59,277 nt of DNA, filler included, from Actinomycetales bacterium (GCA_045807245.1; 3 parts of 3 records of this genome joined end to end with filler, not necessarily neighbours in it); one strand, 5' to 3'; shown: positions 1 through 13,160, numbered from the whole stretch's first letter. The notes: generated by a model from the sequence alone, not told the origin. Program-made: numbers and translations.

Positions 1-1
1 C

Positions 2-970
2 CGCCGCCAGCCCGGCGGGGTGCCGGTCCCGGTCGACGGAGCCGCCCGCGTGCTGTCCGGCGAGCAGTCCAACACCAGCGTGATCGTCGAGGGCACGCCG
101 CCGGTCATCGTCAAGCTGTTCCGCACGCTGTACGGCGGGGCGAACCCGGACGTGGTCGTCCAGTCCGCGCTCGCGGCCGCCGGGAGCACCCGCGTGCCGA
201 CGCCTTCGGGCTGGGTCGAGGGCTCGTGGACCCGGCCGGACGGCTCAGCGGTGTCCGGCCACCTGGCCTTCGCCAGCGAGTTCCTCGTCGGCACGCGCGA
301 CGCCTGGCGGGAGGCGACCGAGTCTCTGTCGGCGGGCGAGGACTTCGGCCCCCAGGCGCACACGTTGGGTCAGGCCACCGCCGAGGTGCACCAGACGCTC
401 GCCGAGCACCTCGCCACCGAGGTCGCCTCACCCGCCCGGCGGTCGGAGCTGGTGCACGCGCTGCGCGTCCGAGCCGCGTGGGCGTGCAACCAGGTCGACG
501 GCCTGAACGGGCTCGACAGCCAGATCAAGGCGATCCACGACCAGCTGGACGAGCTCACGGACTTCCCTGTGCTGCAACGGATCCACGGTGACTATCACCT
601 GGGTCAGGTGCTCGACGCTCCGCGGCGCGGCTGGGTGCTGCTCGACTTCGAGGGCGAGCCGCTGCGGCCGATCAGCGAGCGCAGCGACCCGGACCTCGCC
701 CTCCGAGACGTGGCGGGCATGCTGCGCTCGTTCGACTATGCGGCGGCCCAGTCGGGGGACGGCGAGGCCTGGGCGGCGCGGTGCCGGTCGAAGTTCTGCC
801 TCGGCTACGCCGACGTCTCCGGACGCGACCCGCGTGAGCACACCGCCCTGCTGGCCGCCCTCGAGCTGGACAAGGCGCTGTACGAGGTCGTCTACGAGGC
901 GCGCAACCGGCCGGACTGGATCGAGGTGCCGCTGCGCGCGGTGGCCCGGCTCACCGCCGGCGTGTCCTGA
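2..970 (+). CDS. mak: Maltokinase (Mak/Pep2, aminoglycoside phosphotransferase fold), 5'-truncated by window edge
   Basis: GEQSNTS, QRIHGDYHLGQVL, DFEGEP and RDVAGMLRSFDYA motifs; frame open to the window start; lies upstream of glgB. Confidence 0.9.
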   Translation, partial: RRQPGGVPVPVDGAARVLSGEQSNTSVIVEGTPPVIVKLFRTLYGGANPDVVVQSALAAAGSTRVPTPSGWVEGSWTRPDGSAVSGHLAFASEFLVGTRDAWREATESLSAGEDFGPQAHTLGQATAEVHQTLAEHLATEVASPARRSELVHALRVRAAWACNQVDGLNGLDSQIKAIHDQLDELTDFPVLQRIHGDYHLGQVLDAPRRGWVLLDFEGEPLRPISERSDPDLALRDVAGMLRSFDYAAAQSGDGEAWAARCRSKFCLGYADVSGRDPREHTALLAALELDKALYEVVYEARNRPDWIEVPLRAVARLTAGVS

Positions 971-1079
971 CGCTTCGTCGAACGTCTCCAGCGACCCGCC
1001 GTACGAGTCGCCCGGCGCCTCGGCGCGCCGGACCCAGACTCTCGACCGATTGTCAGCGAACCGAGGCAAGGAGGAAAAC

Positions 1080-1979
1080 ATGCGAGCTGTGCAGTTCGAC
1101 GAGACGGGTGGACCTGAGGTCCTGCATGTCGCCGAGGTCGAGGAACCTCACGCCGGGCCGGGTCAGATCCGGGTGGCGGTCCGCGCCGCGGGCATCAACC
1201 CGTTCGACCACAAGCAGCGCAGCGGCGCCGCCGGCAACGCGAAGGGACCCGTCACGACCGGGCTGGACGCCGCCGGCGTCGTGGACGAGGTCGGCGACGG
1301 CGTGCACGGCGTGTCCGCGGGCGACGAGGTGTTCGGCTCGGCCAAAGGCGGTGCGGCCGCCGAGTACGCCGTCCTGACCCACTGGGCGCGCAAGCCGGCG
1401 TCGATGTCGTTCGAGGAGGCGGCCGGGTTGACGACGGCCGTCGAGACCGCACAACGCGCGCTCGACACGGTGGGCCTCAAGCCGGGCGACACGGTTCTGG
1501 TGAACGGCGCCGCCGGTGGCGTCGGACAGGCTGCCGTGCAGCTGGCTCGCGCCGAGGGCGCCCGCCTGGTGATCGGTACGGCGAGTGAGAGCAACCACGA
1601 GTACCTGCGATCGCTCGGCGCGACACCTACGACGTACGGCGAGGGTCTGCCCGCGCGCGTGCGCGAGCTCGCCCCGGACGGTGTCGACCTGGCGTTGGAC
1701 ACGGCCGGGCGCGGCGTACTCCCGGCGCTCGTGGAGATCACCGGCGACCCCCACAAGGTCGTCACGATCGCCAGCTATGACGCCGCGGAGTACGGCGTCC
1801 ATCTCACGACCGGCGGAGCTTCGCGGGCGTGGGGCGCGCTGGCTCACGCGGCGGAGCTGTTCGAGCGGGGCGAGCTGCGGTTGCCCGTCGAGCGGGCCTT
1901 CGCGTTCGACGAGGCAGCCGAAGCGCACCGGCTCAGCGCGACGGGCCATGTGCGGGGCAAGCTCGTCCTCGTGCCCTGA
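1080..1979 (+). CDS. NADP-dependent oxidoreductase (MDR/quinone oxidoreductase family)
   Basis: AAGGAGG RBS before ATG 1080; MRAVQFDETGGPEVL, INPFD, VLVNGAAGGVG, GHVRGKLVL. Confidence 0.9.
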   Translation: MRAVQFDETGGPEVLHVAEVEEPHAGPGQIRVAVRAAGINPFDHKQRSGAAGNAKGPVTTGLDAAGVVDEVGDGVHGVSAGDEVFGSAKGGAAAEYAVLTHWARKPASMSFEEAAGLTTAVETAQRALDTVGLKPGDTVLVNGAAGGVGQAAVQLARAEGARLVIGTASESNHEYLRSLGATPTTYGEGLPARVRELAPDGVDLALDTAGRGVLPALVEITGDPHKVVTIASYDAAEYGVHLTTGGASRAWGALAHAAELFERGELRLPVERAFAFDEAAEAHRLSATGHVRGKLVLVP

Positions 1980-2055
1980 GTAGCGCTTGGGCCTCCGACA
2001 TCCAGCCAGCGGGCGCGGGGTGGTGTGACCCGCCCCGGCCCGCAAGGATGGCGAT

Positions 2056-4383
<2,328 letters not shown>

Positions 4384-4402
4384 TCCCACCCGTGGACACG
4401 GC

Positions 4403-6076
4403 GTGAGCAGGTCGCGGCCGGGGGACGAGCGCAGCGGCACTACGGAGGAGGGGCCGCTCCAGGGGCTGGCCGACCTGGTCGCGGCGCTGCGGTCGAGCCG
4501 TCGCTTCCTCGACGTGCTGGAGATCGCCGCGGAGCAGGCGATGGCCGCGATCGGCGCGGACAGCCTGTCCCTGTCCGAGTGGGACCGCGACCTCGGCCGC
4601 CTGGTCACGCGGGTCAACGTCGGCCGCCTCGCTCCGGGCGAGCAACGATTCCCCGAGGACGAGGTCTACGTGCTGGCGCACGACCAGATCGTGCTGCTCC
4701 AGAGCACCGGCTTCCTGGTGCAGGCCGACGACGCGGGCGGACACGAGCCGGACCGCTCCATCCTGGTCGGGGCCGGGATGGCGTCCGGTCTCACCATGCC
4801 GGTCCCCAGCGAGGGCCACCTCTGGGGCGAGATGTGGGCCACGCGGTCGCCCCGGCGCCCGGCGTACCAGCCGTCCGACCTGCCACTCGCGAGCCGCGCC
4901 GCCGCCCTGGTGGGCGAGGTCGTCGCGTCCGCCGAGCTGCTCGAGCGCACGGCCCGGCTCGCCTACGAGGACCCGCTGACCCGGCTGGCCAACCGCCGCG
5001 TGTTCGACGACCGGCTGGCCGCCCTGCTCGAGCCGGGAGGTCCGGGCGCCACGGTGGTGCTCTGCGACCTGGACGACCTCAAGGCGATCAACGACGCGTG
5101 GGGGCACGACGCCGGCGACCGGGTGATCAGCCTGGCCGCGGACGCGCTCTCCGTGGTCGCGAGCCGAGCGGACGGCTGTGTCGCCGCCCGGGTGGGTGGT
5201 GACGAGTTCGCGCTCGTGCTGCCCGGCGACGCACGCGCCCATGCGGTCGGGCTGGCCCGCCGGGCCGTCGCCCTGCTCGGGCGCGGGGAACACGCACCGT
5301 CGATGAGCTGCGGGGTCGCGTCGGCTCCGCCCGGCTGCGAGCCGCGCTCGCTGTTCGTCACGGTCGACGCCGCCCTGTACGGCGCCAAGCACCGCGGCGC
5401 GCAGCTGCTGCTGTCGTCCGACCTGGCCGACGCCGACCACGAGATCGTGGGCGCACGCCCGTCGCGCGCGCCGTCGGCCGGCCGTCGGCGCTGGGACGAC
5501 GCCACGGACCGCCCGTACGCGGCGGACGCTGCCGCCGCGGTCGCGGACGCCGTGCAGGCGCTCGCCGACGGGCTGGCCGATGCCCCGAAAGACGTTGCCG
5601 GAGCACTGCGCTGGGTCGGTACGACGGTCATGGGGCCGCTCGACCTCGACCGGTGGGTGCTCAGCCAGGTGCGCCCGATGGGTGACGGCGACGACCGCAT
5701 CGCGTTCGCGCTCGACTCCCTGGGCCTGCGCCGAGCCCGGCTGACCGAGGACCCGGCGCCCCAGGACGAGGCCGACATCGCCAGTGAGGTGCGTCCGGTG
5801 GACGAGTACCCAGCGGCCGCTGCCGCGGTGAAGGACGGTTCGGTGTTCGCCTTCGAACGGGTCGAGGGCACGCCCGACATCCCGTCGCCCGGCGCGACGG
5901 CGCTGCTCGAGCGCTACGACATGCGTTTCCTGGTCGGCACGGGCGCGGCCGAGGACGGCCAGGAGTGGCTGCTCACGCTGTACGGCAGCCAAGGACACAT
6001 CCCCCTGTCGGCGATCCGCGAGGTCGTGGCTTTGGCGCGTGCTGCGGCGATCCGAGAGGATGACCTGCATGGCTGA
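4403..6076 (+). CDS. GAF + GGDEF diguanylate cyclase with extra C-terminal domain
   Basis: N-terminal GAF-like segment; [48 protein letters not shown] start chosen 19 nt after the glgB stop. Confidence 0.88.
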   Translation: MSRSRPGDERSGTTEEGPLQGLADLVAALRSSRRFLDVLEIAAEQAMAAIGADSLSLSEWDRDLGRLVTRVNVGRLAPGEQRFPEDEVYVLAHDQIVLLQSTGFLVQADDAGGHEPDRSILVGAGMASGLTMPVPSEGHLWGEMWATRSPRRPAYQPSDLPLASRAAALVGEVVASAELLERTARLAYEDPLTRLANRRVFDDRLAALLEPGGPGATVVLCDLDDLKAINDAWGHDAGDRVISLAADALSVVASRADGCVAARVGGDEFALVLPGDARAHAVGLARRAVALLGRGEHAPSMSCGVASAPPGCEPRSLFVTVDAALYGAKHRGAQLLLSSDLADADHEIVGARPSRAPSAGRRRWDDATDRPYAADAAAAVADAVQALADGLADAPKDVAGALRWVGTTVMGPLDLDRWVLSQVRPMGDGDDRIAFALDSLGLRRARLTEDPAPQDEADIASEVRPVDEYPAAAAAVKDGSVFAFERVEGTPDIPSPGATALLERYDMRFLVGTGAAEDGQEWLLTLYGSQGHIPLSAIREVVALARAAAIREDDLHG

Positions 6077-7733
6077 CACGCGCGCGGGCCAGCCCGCCGA
6101 GCCCAGCGACCTGGTCGACGTACCGCACCTCGTCACCTCCTACTACGCCGTGGCTCCCGACCCGTCGGATCCGTTGCAGCAGGTGGCTTTCGGCACGTCC
6201 GGCCATCGAGGCAGCAGCCTCAACGGGTCGTTCAACGAAGCGCACATCCTGGCAACGACCCAGGCGATCTGCGAGTACCGCTCGCAGGAGGGCTACGACG
6301 GTCCGCTGTTCGTCGGCCGCGACACCCACGGCCTGTCGGAGCCGGCGTGGGTCAGCGCCCTCGAGGTGCTCGCCGCCAACGACGTGACCGTCCTGGTCGA
6401 CTCGGCTGACGGGTACACGCCGACTCCGGCCGTCTCTCACGCGATCCTGCGCGCGAACGCCGGTCGCACCAGCGGCCCGGGCCTGGCCGACGGCATCGTC
6501 GTCACGCCGTCGCACAACCCGCCGAGCGACGGAGGGTTCAAGTACAACCCACCGCACGGCGGGCCGGCCGACACCGACGCGACCGGCTGGATCGCCCGGC
6601 GGGCGAACGAGCTCCTGGCCGCTGATCTGGTTGGCGTGCAACGCGTCCCGTTCGCCCGGGCCCGAGCCGCCGCCGCGCCGTACGACTTCATGGCGACCTA
6701 CGTCGACGACCTGCCGAACGTCGTCGACCTCGAGGCGGTCCGCTCGTCCGGCCTGGCGATCGGCGCCGACCCGCTCGGCGGCGCGAGCGTCGAGTACTGG
6801 GGCGCGATCGCCGAACGCCACCACCTGGACCTCATGGTGGTGAACCCGCTCGTCGACCCGACGTGGCGGTTCATGACCCTCGACTGGGACGGCAAGATCC
6901 GGATGGACTGCTCGTCACCGGACGCCATGGCCTCGCTGATCCAGCGCATGGGCGGTGGGGCAGCCGGGTCGGGTGCGCCGTATGCCATCGCGACCGGCAA
7001 CGACGCGGACGCCGACCGGCACGGCATCGTGACGCCTGACGGCGGGCTGATGAACCCGAACCACTTCCTGGCCGTGGCGATCAGCTACCTGTACGCCGGC
7101 CGGTCCGGCTGGTCGGCCCAGGCCGCTGTCGGCAAGACGCTGGTGTCGTCGTCGATGATCGACCGCGTGGCCGCCGACCTGGGGCGCACGTTGGTCGAGG
7201 TGCCGGTCGGGTTCAAATGGTTCGTGCCCGGGCTGCTCGACGGCTCGGTCGGGTTCGGCGGCGAGGAGTCGGCCGGAGCCTCTTTCCTGCGCCGCGACGG
7301 CTCGGTGTGGACGACGGACAAGGACGGCATCCTGCTGGCCCTGCTCGCCTCCGAGATTCAGGCGGTGACCGGGCGTTCGCCCAGTCAGCACTACGCCGAT
7401 CTCGTTGCTGCTCACGGTGATCCGGCGTACGCGCGGGTTGATGCTGCCGCGTCGCGGGAGCAGAAGGCCAAGCTCGCCGAGCTGTCGCCCGACGCCGTCC
7501 GGGCCACCGAGCTGGCGGGCGAGCCGATCACGGCGCGCTTGACGACGGCGCCGGGCAACGGTGCGCCGATCGGCGGGCTCAAGGTGTGCACGGAGTCGGC
7601 CTGGTTCGCGGCGCGACCGTCCGGCACGGAGGACGTGTACAAGATCTACGCCGAGTCGTTCCGCGGCGCAGAACATCTCGCGCAGGTGCAGGCCGAGGCC
7701 CGCGAGGTGGTCTCAGCCGCCCTGGAGGGCTGA
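6069..7733 (+). CDS. pgm: Phosphoglucomutase (alpha-D-glucose-1,6-bisphosphate dependent)
   Basis: [49 protein letters not shown]; start overlaps upstream stop (ATGGCTGA). Confidence 0.96.
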   Translation: MADTRAGQPAEPSDLVDVPHLVTSYYAVAPDPSDPLQQVAFGTSGHRGSSLNGSFNEAHILATTQAICEYRSQEGYDGPLFVGRDTHGLSEPAWVSALEVLAANDVTVLVDSADGYTPTPAVSHAILRANAGRTSGPGLADGIVVTPSHNPPSDGGFKYNPPHGGPADTDATGWIARRANELLAADLVGVQRVPFARARAAAAPYDFMATYVDDLPNVVDLEAVRSSGLAIGADPLGGASVEYWGAIAERHHLDLMVVNPLVDPTWRFMTLDWDGKIRMDCSSPDAMASLIQRMGGGAAGSGAPYAIATGNDADADRHGIVTPDGGLMNPNHFLAVAISYLYAGRSGWSAQAAVGKTLVSSSMIDRVAADLGRTLVEVPVGFKWFVPGLLDGSVGFGGEESAGASFLRRDGSVWTTDKDGILLALLASEIQAVTGRSPSQHYADLVAAHGDPAYARVDAAASREQKAKLAELSPDAVRATELAGEPITARLTTAPGNGAPIGGLKVCTESAWFAARPSGTEDVYKIYAESFRGAEHLAQVQAEAREVVSAALEG

Positions 7734-7798
7734 CTTCTCAAGTACTCGGTTCGGCGGGCCGATGGCCCGGTACGGCCGTCGCGGGTGCAGTTGCCGCC

Positions 7799-8137
7799 TC
7801 AACCCGCTCGCAGGTCCGCTGCGGCCGCGCGCGCCAGCTCCTCGTACACCTTGCGATGCGCGATCGGTACGACGACCCACTGTTTCATCGGCCGACCCAT
7901 GTCCCCGGGGTCGAACAGGTGAGCGCCCTTCAGTGCCAACGCTTTCGCATGGGCGTCGCCGCTGAGCTTGAACACCATGGCGCCCTGCCGCGGCCCGCCG
8001 AACGCCTTGCGGCCGCGCATGAACACCGGCATGCCGAACATCTTCCCCGCCTTGACCTCCGGGTCCTCGGCCGAGAGCAGCTCGACCAGGTCCTCGAACT
8101 CGCGAGCCGCGCGCTCGTCGTCCTTGGCTGTGGGCAT
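7799..8137 (-). CDS. TfoX/Sxy N-terminal domain-like small protein
   Basis: GKMFG, MVFKL, FDPG..GRPMKQWVVV pattern; starts 4 nt after the amidase stop. Confidence 0.7.
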   Translation of the reverse strand: MPTAKDDERAAREFEDLVELLSAEDPEVKAGKMFGMPVFMRGRKAFGGPRQGAMVFKLSGDAHAKALALKGAHLFDPGDMGRPMKQWVVVPIAHRKVYEELARAAAADLRAG

Positions 8138-8141
8138 GTGT

Positions 8142-9444
8142 TCAGCGTAAGTCTGCGCCGGGCCGGTCGGACAGCGCCGCCCGGAGTATCGCGTCCACCG
8201 CAGCCGCCGCGCCGAGCAGACGGGCGTCGGACCACCGCGGCCCGATCAGCTGCAACCCGACCGGCAGGCCGTCGCGCCCGGGGCCGATGGGGACGGAGAC
8301 CGCGGGCAGGCCGCCCAGGTTGGCCGGCAAGGCCAGGGCGCACCAGGCGTCGAACGACTCCGGCACCGGTCGACCGTCGAGCGTCTCCGGACCGATCCGG
8401 TCCGCGCTGAACGCCGTCACCGGCATCGTCGGTGTCAGGAGGACGTCGTACCGCTCGAAGAACCAGGCCCAGGTCTGGGTGAGCCGGCCGCGGCGGTCCT
8501 GAGCGTCGAGGTAGTCGCGGGCCGAGGCTGCCGCACCCGCCTCGATGATGCTGCGGGCATCGGCGCCGACGAGGTCGGGCGACTGCTCCAACAGCGGGCC
8601 CTCCGAGGCATACCCCTCAGGCAGGGCGATGGCGTCCCAGAGCGGGCAGGGGTCCTCGGGCAGCGGGTGCGCGTCGTGGACCGGCACGTCGTGCGCGCGA
8701 ATGTGCTCGACTGCGGCACGAAACGACGCGCGGACATCCGGGTCGACGGCCGCGAAGCCCAGATCCTCGCTGGCGGCGATGCGCAGGCCGTCCAGGTCGG
8801 GTGCGCGCATCGCGTCCAGGTAGCCGGTGTTCGGTGACGGCTGCGCCAGCGGATCCAGCGGAGCCGGGCCGGCCATCACGGAGACCGCCAGAGCGAGATC
8901 GCGCACCGATGCGCCCATGGGTCCGGTGACGGAGAGCGTCGGCCAGCCGCGGAAGCCCGGCACCTTTGGCACCAGCCCGTACGTCGGCTTGAGACCGTAG
9001 ACGCCGCAGAAGGCCGACGGGATACGGATCGACCCGCCACCGTCCGTCCCTACGCCCAGCGGCACCATGCCGGCAGCGACCGAGGCCGCCGCTCCTCCGC
9101 TCGACCCGCCGGCTGTCCGGGTGAGGTCGCGCGGGTTGCGCGTCACCCCGTACACGTCGTTGAACGTCGTTCCGCGGTAACAGAACTCGGGGTTGTTGGT
9201 CTTGCCGACGACCACGGCGCCGGCTGCGACCAACCGCGCGACGCAGACGCAGTCCTCCTCCGGCACGAAGTCGGCCAGCGCGCGAGAACCGTTGGTCGCC
9301 GGCCAGCCCGCGAGCCAGACATGGTCCTTGATGGAGATGGGTACGCCGGCGAGCGGCCCGGTCCGCTCGCCCCGGTCGACCGCGGCCGCCGCGGCCAGCG
9401 CGTCGTCCGGCCGCACAACGGTGAAGGCGTTGACCGCGTCGTCT
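8142..9444 (-). pseudogene. Amidase-signature family amidase lacking its normal N-terminus (possible GTG restart at 9416)
   Basis: GVPISIKD, GKTNNPEF, GGSSGG and [11 protein letters not shown] intact; recognisable sequence starts abruptly at DDAVNAF with no start codon or RBS. Confidence 0.7.
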
Positions 9445-10779
9445 GAACAGCGAGATGTCGGCGCCGTCGAGCTTCTTGGCCACCCAGCCCGTGTACAAGG
9501 TGCCCACAGCGAAGAACGGCACCATGGTGGCGAAGCCGACGACGTAGGCGACGATGCCGCGCCAGCCCCAGCGCCCGTACATGCCGTCCGGCTTGAAGAT
9601 CTCGGCGATGGCGTAGTGGCCACGGCGGACGATGTAGTAGTCGACCAGGTTGACCGCGGTCCAGGGGATGAACAAGTAGAGGATCAACAGCAGGAAGTTG
9701 TTGAAGTTCGACAGGAAGTTGTCGGTGGCCGCGAGCGCCCCGATGGTCGAGAGGGCAGCAGTGATGCCGACCGTGATGACGCGCGCGTTCAGCGTCGGCC
9801 GGACCCGGACGAACGAGTCGATGGCGCTGATGAGGGTGAGCGAACCGCCGTACATGTTGAGCGCCGTCACGGAGATCAAGCCCAGGACGGAGAAGAGCAG
9901 GACCACCTTGCCGAAGCCAGTGAACAGGTGGTCACCCGCCTCGTTGATCGAGGAGATGATGTCGAACTTGTCGCCGGCCCAGGCCGCGAGCCAGGCGCCG
10001 AGCAGCATGAGCCAGGCGCCACCCAGGGCCGAGCCCCAGTAAGTCCAGTAGAAGGTCTTGCGCACCGTCACGTCGGGCGGCAGGTAGCGCGAGTAGTCCG
10101 AGACGTAGATGGCCCAGCTGACCTGGTAGCCGGCGACCACACCGAACTGGCCCAGGAACGGCGTCCAGTGGAAGTTGGACAGGTCGAACGCCCCCGACCC
10201 GGGGTGCAACGCGATGAGCGCGACGAGGGTGAAGATGCCGAACACGACGAGGAACGAGTACGTCAGCAACCGCTCGGCCTTGTGGATCAGGTCATAGCCG
10301 ATCAGGGCGATGACGAAGGCGACGATGGTCGCGACGACGACCCAGAACTTCACCGCCCCGTGAACGGAGACGTTCATTGCCTGGCCGGCCAGGATGGTGT
10401 TGAACACGTTGAAGCCGGCGTACTGCAGGTAGGCGAACAGCCAGACCAGCAGGGCACCGACGTAGCCGAACTGCGGTCGTGACTGGATCATCTGCGGCAG
10501 GCCCAGCTGGGGCCCCTGTGCGGAGTGGAACGCCATGAACAGCGTGCCGAGCAGCGCGCCGGCGACGATCGCGATCATCGACCAGATCAGGTTTCCGCCT
10601 TCGGTGATGCTGATCAGCCCCACCGCCAGCGTCGCGATCTGGGCGTTCGACATGAACCACAAGGGGCCTAGATGCCAGAGCTTGCCGTGCCGTTCGTTGA
10701 GCGGCACGTAGTCGATCGACCGGACCTCGACCCCGGAGATGCGGGGCTGCTCGCGAGCTTGCTCTGTGGCCTGGGACAT
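9445..10779 (-). pseudogene. Purine-cytosine permease (NCS1 family), C-terminus lost; frame runs on into out-of-frame amidase DNA until 8617
   Basis: EVRSIDYVP..ERHG, GPQLGLPQMIQSR, DYSRYLP, PWTAVNLVDYY; hydrophobic pattern ends at GADISLF and is followed by Arg-rich junk. Confidence 0.75.
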
Positions 10780-10838
10780 GCCGTCATCCTGCCGCTGGAC
10801 GAGTAAAGGCGACACCCGAGAAGTACTTGACCAGTCCT

Positions 10839-11789
10839 TTACCCGGAGGCTCCGCCGGCGAGCACGGACAAGAGCTCGTACGCCACGTGTGATGCCGCGA
10901 TGCCGGTGATCTCGGCGTGGTCGTACGCCGGCGCGACCTCGACGATGTCGGCCGACACCACGGTCACCCCGGCCAGGCCGCGCAGGATGCCTAGCAGCTC
11001 GCGAGACGTCATCCCGCCCGCCTCCGGCGTGCCGGTCCCTGGTGCGTGCGCTGGGTCGAGCACGTCGATGTCCACCGACACGTACACCGGCCGGTCACCG
11101 AGCCGCGCCCGCATCCGCTCGATCGTGCCGGCAACGCCGAGCGTCTCGAGCTCGGTGCAGTGGACCGTCTCGAAGCCGAGGTCACCGGACTCGGGCAGGT
11201 CGCTCACGCCGTAGAGCGGGCCACGGATCCCGACATGCAGGCAGTGGTCCCGGTCGAGCAGCCCCTCCTCCGACGCGCGGCGGAAGGGCGTGCCGTGCGT
11301 GTACGGCTCGCCGAAGTAGGTGTCCCACGTGTCCAGATGGGCGTCGAAGTGCAGGACGGCCAAGGGGCCGTGCAGCCGATGCATGGTCCGCAGCAGCGGC
11401 AGCGCGATGGTGTGGTCACCACCGAGGGTCAGCAGCTTGCTCCCGGTAGCGGTGAGTCTCGTTGCGGCGCGGTCGATCTCGCCGATCGCGTCCTGGATAT
11501 CGAAGGGGTTAACCGCGATATCGCCGGCGTCCGCGACCTGTTGCGTTGCGAACGGCAAGACATCCAGCGCCGGGTTGTACGGGCGCAGCAGTCGGGAGCT
11601 CTGCCGGATGTGCGCCGGCCCGAACCGGGCGCCTGGCCGGTAGCTCACGCTGCTGTCGAAGGGCACGCCGACCACCGCCACATCGGCCCGGTCAACGTCC
11701 TCGATCCTGGGCAGGCGGGCAAAGGTCGCCAAGCCCGCATACCGCGGCACCTTCGACGCGTCGACCGGTCCGATGGGTGGGTCAGTCAT
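10839..11789 (-). CDS. speB: Agmatinase/guanidinobutyrase (ureohydrolase family)
   Basis: [31 protein letters not shown] Mn-binding motifs; exact substrate uncertain. Confidence 0.88.
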   Translation of the reverse strand: MTDPPIGPVDASKVPRYAGLATFARLPRIEDVDRADVAVVGVPFDSSVSYRPGARFGPAHIRQSSRLLRPYNPALDVLPFATQQVADAGDIAVNPFDIQDAIGEIDRAATRLTATGSKLLTLGGDHTIALPLLRTMHRLHGPLAVLHFDAHLDTWDTYFGEPYTHGTPFRRASEEGLLDRDHCLHVGIRGPLYGVSDLPESGDLGFETVHCTELETLGVAGTIERMRARLGDRPVYVSVDIDVLDPAHAPGTGTPEAGGMTSRELLGILRGLAGVTVVSADIVEVAPAYDHAEITGIAASHVAYELLSVLAGGASG

Positions 11790-12190
11790 CCGGTCAGTAT
11801 CGACCGGGTGTCAGCTGTTCCGCGCCGGGGCGTGCCCTGCCCGGACGAGCGCATGCAGTCGGAGGCGGCGTTGTTGTCGGATGCGGTGATGTACAACGCT
11901 GGGTCGGATCTCGCTGCCACTGCTTCTTCGTCCTCTCTGGCGATGCCTCCTGGTTCGCCGCTGCGTACGGCGGGTCTCTCAACGCGATCTACGCAGGCAA
12001 GCTGGCGTACGGCGGCCGGCTGGCCGACCCTCAGCCGAGTGGCCGATGCTCGTGGTTGTCGAGCTGGCGTTGTTGTACGGCGCACTAAGCGAATTACTCC
12101 GGCCTCACGAATCTCCTTGTGCCGCAATGGTTTCAGGGCCGTGACCGTTATGTGGTTGTGACCTTCGACCCTGTGGACCGGTGTCTGAAT

Positions 12191-12212
12191 TGTCAGTGGT
12201 GCGGGTTAGGTT
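12191..12212 (+). promoter_or_regulatory. PafBC-type (RecA-NDp) promoter, leaderless
   Basis: TGTCAG-N10-TAGGTT, 6 nt before ATG 12219; matches TGTCRG-N10-TANNNT. Confidence 0.65.
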
Positions 12213-12218
12213 CGGTTC

Positions 12219-12613
12219 ATGGATCGCAGGGGTGCGTCGTTCTTCCGTGACGGTGGTGGCGAGGGCGAGCCGGTGGGCCTGCCGCAGTCGCCGGTCGCCG
12301 AGGGTGACTGGACGCCGGAGCAGGCGATGGCGGCGTTGCCGGTGGTGGTGAAGATGGTGTCCGCCCTGCCGTGGTGGCAGTGCGCCGAGCCGGACCTGAC
12401 CCAGCGGGTCCAGCTGTTGTTCCGGGTGGAGAACCAGGTGGTCGCCGCCCAGGTCGCGGCCGTGGGCGAGGCGCTGAAACGCGGGGTGCTGGTCGGGTCC
12501 GGCTTCCGGTCTGGTGGGGCCTGGCTGCGCGGGTTGGTGCCGTTGACACCCCAGGCGGCGGCCCAGCGGGCCCAGCTGGCCGAGGAGCTGCCCCGCCCCG
12601 AGCTGGCCCCGAC
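12219..12613 (+). CDS. DUF222 (REP13E12-like, usually HNH-associated) protein, N-terminal part only, truncated by gap
   Basis: Helical N-terminus with GFRSGGAWL..A..RAQLA pattern; RecA-NDp-type promoter; a contig break inside it fits a multicopy element. Confidence 0.6.
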
Positions 12614-12713
12614 NNNNNNNNNNNNNNNNNNNNNNNNNNNNNNNNNNNNNNNNNNNNTTAATTAATTAANNNNNNNNNNNNNNNNNNNNNNNNNNNNNNN
12701 NNNNNNNNNNNNN
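12614..12713. other. Artificial contig linker (N44-TTAATTAATTAA-N44)
   Basis: N run with a six-frame stop palindrome; genes on both sides are truncated. Confidence 0.98.
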
Positions 12714-13160
12714 AAGCTGACCCTGCCCCTGCCACCTCGCGAGGACGAGGTCGAGGTGCTGGCGCGGCACGCCGCGGGCTTCGACCCGCAGGACCTCGCG
12801 GCGGCCGGCGTCACGGCCGTGGCGGGGGCGGCCGAGCTCGCCGCTGCCAGCGCCAGCGTGCGCCGGGTGCAGGTGCACCCGGACGTCCTCGCCTACGTCG
12901 TGGACATCGCGCGCGCGACCCGCACCTCCCCCTCGCTCGCCCTCGGAGTCAGCCCGCGCGGGTCGACCGCTCTGCTCGCGACCAGCAGGGCGTGGGCCTG
13001 GCTGTGCAGCCGGGACTTCGTCACGCCGGACGACGTCAAGGCCCTCGCCCGGCCCACCTTGCGGCACCGGCTCAGCCTGCGGCCGGAGGCCGAGCTGGAG
13101 GGCGTGACCGTCGAGTCGGTCCTCGACAGCGTCCTGGCGACCGTCCCGGTCCCGCGCTGA
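12714..13160 (+). CDS. moxR: MoxR-family AAA+ ATPase, C-terminal part
   Basis: LGVSPRG, AWL..RDFVTPDDVK, LRHRL; followed by DUF58. Confidence 0.88.
   Translation, partial: KLTLPLPPREDEVEVLARHAAGFDPQDLAAAGVTAVAGAAELAAASASVRRVQVHPDVLAYVVDIARATRTSPSLALGVSPRGSTALLATSRAWAWLCSRDFVTPDDVKALARPTLRHRLSLRPEAELEGVTVESVLDSVLATVPVPR

Noticed and set aside
1051..1072. TGTCAG upstream of the oxidoreductase as a PafBC motif
   Set aside because: Position N10 downstream is CAAGGA (the RBS), not TANNNT
8617..10815. 732-aa permease as a genuine fusion protein
   Set aside because: The tail is the amidase read out of frame after the 9444 junction
11790..11900. Guanidine riboswitch upstream of the ureohydrolase
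   Set aside because: No paired ACGR-loop hairpins or ykkC core seen; GATACT 6 nt before the ATG suggests a leaderless transcript
12614..12713. TTAATTAATTAA palindrome within Ns (also at 37956)
   Set aside because: Artificial scaffolding linker with stops in six frames; not biological, and cross-gap neighbours should not be interpreted
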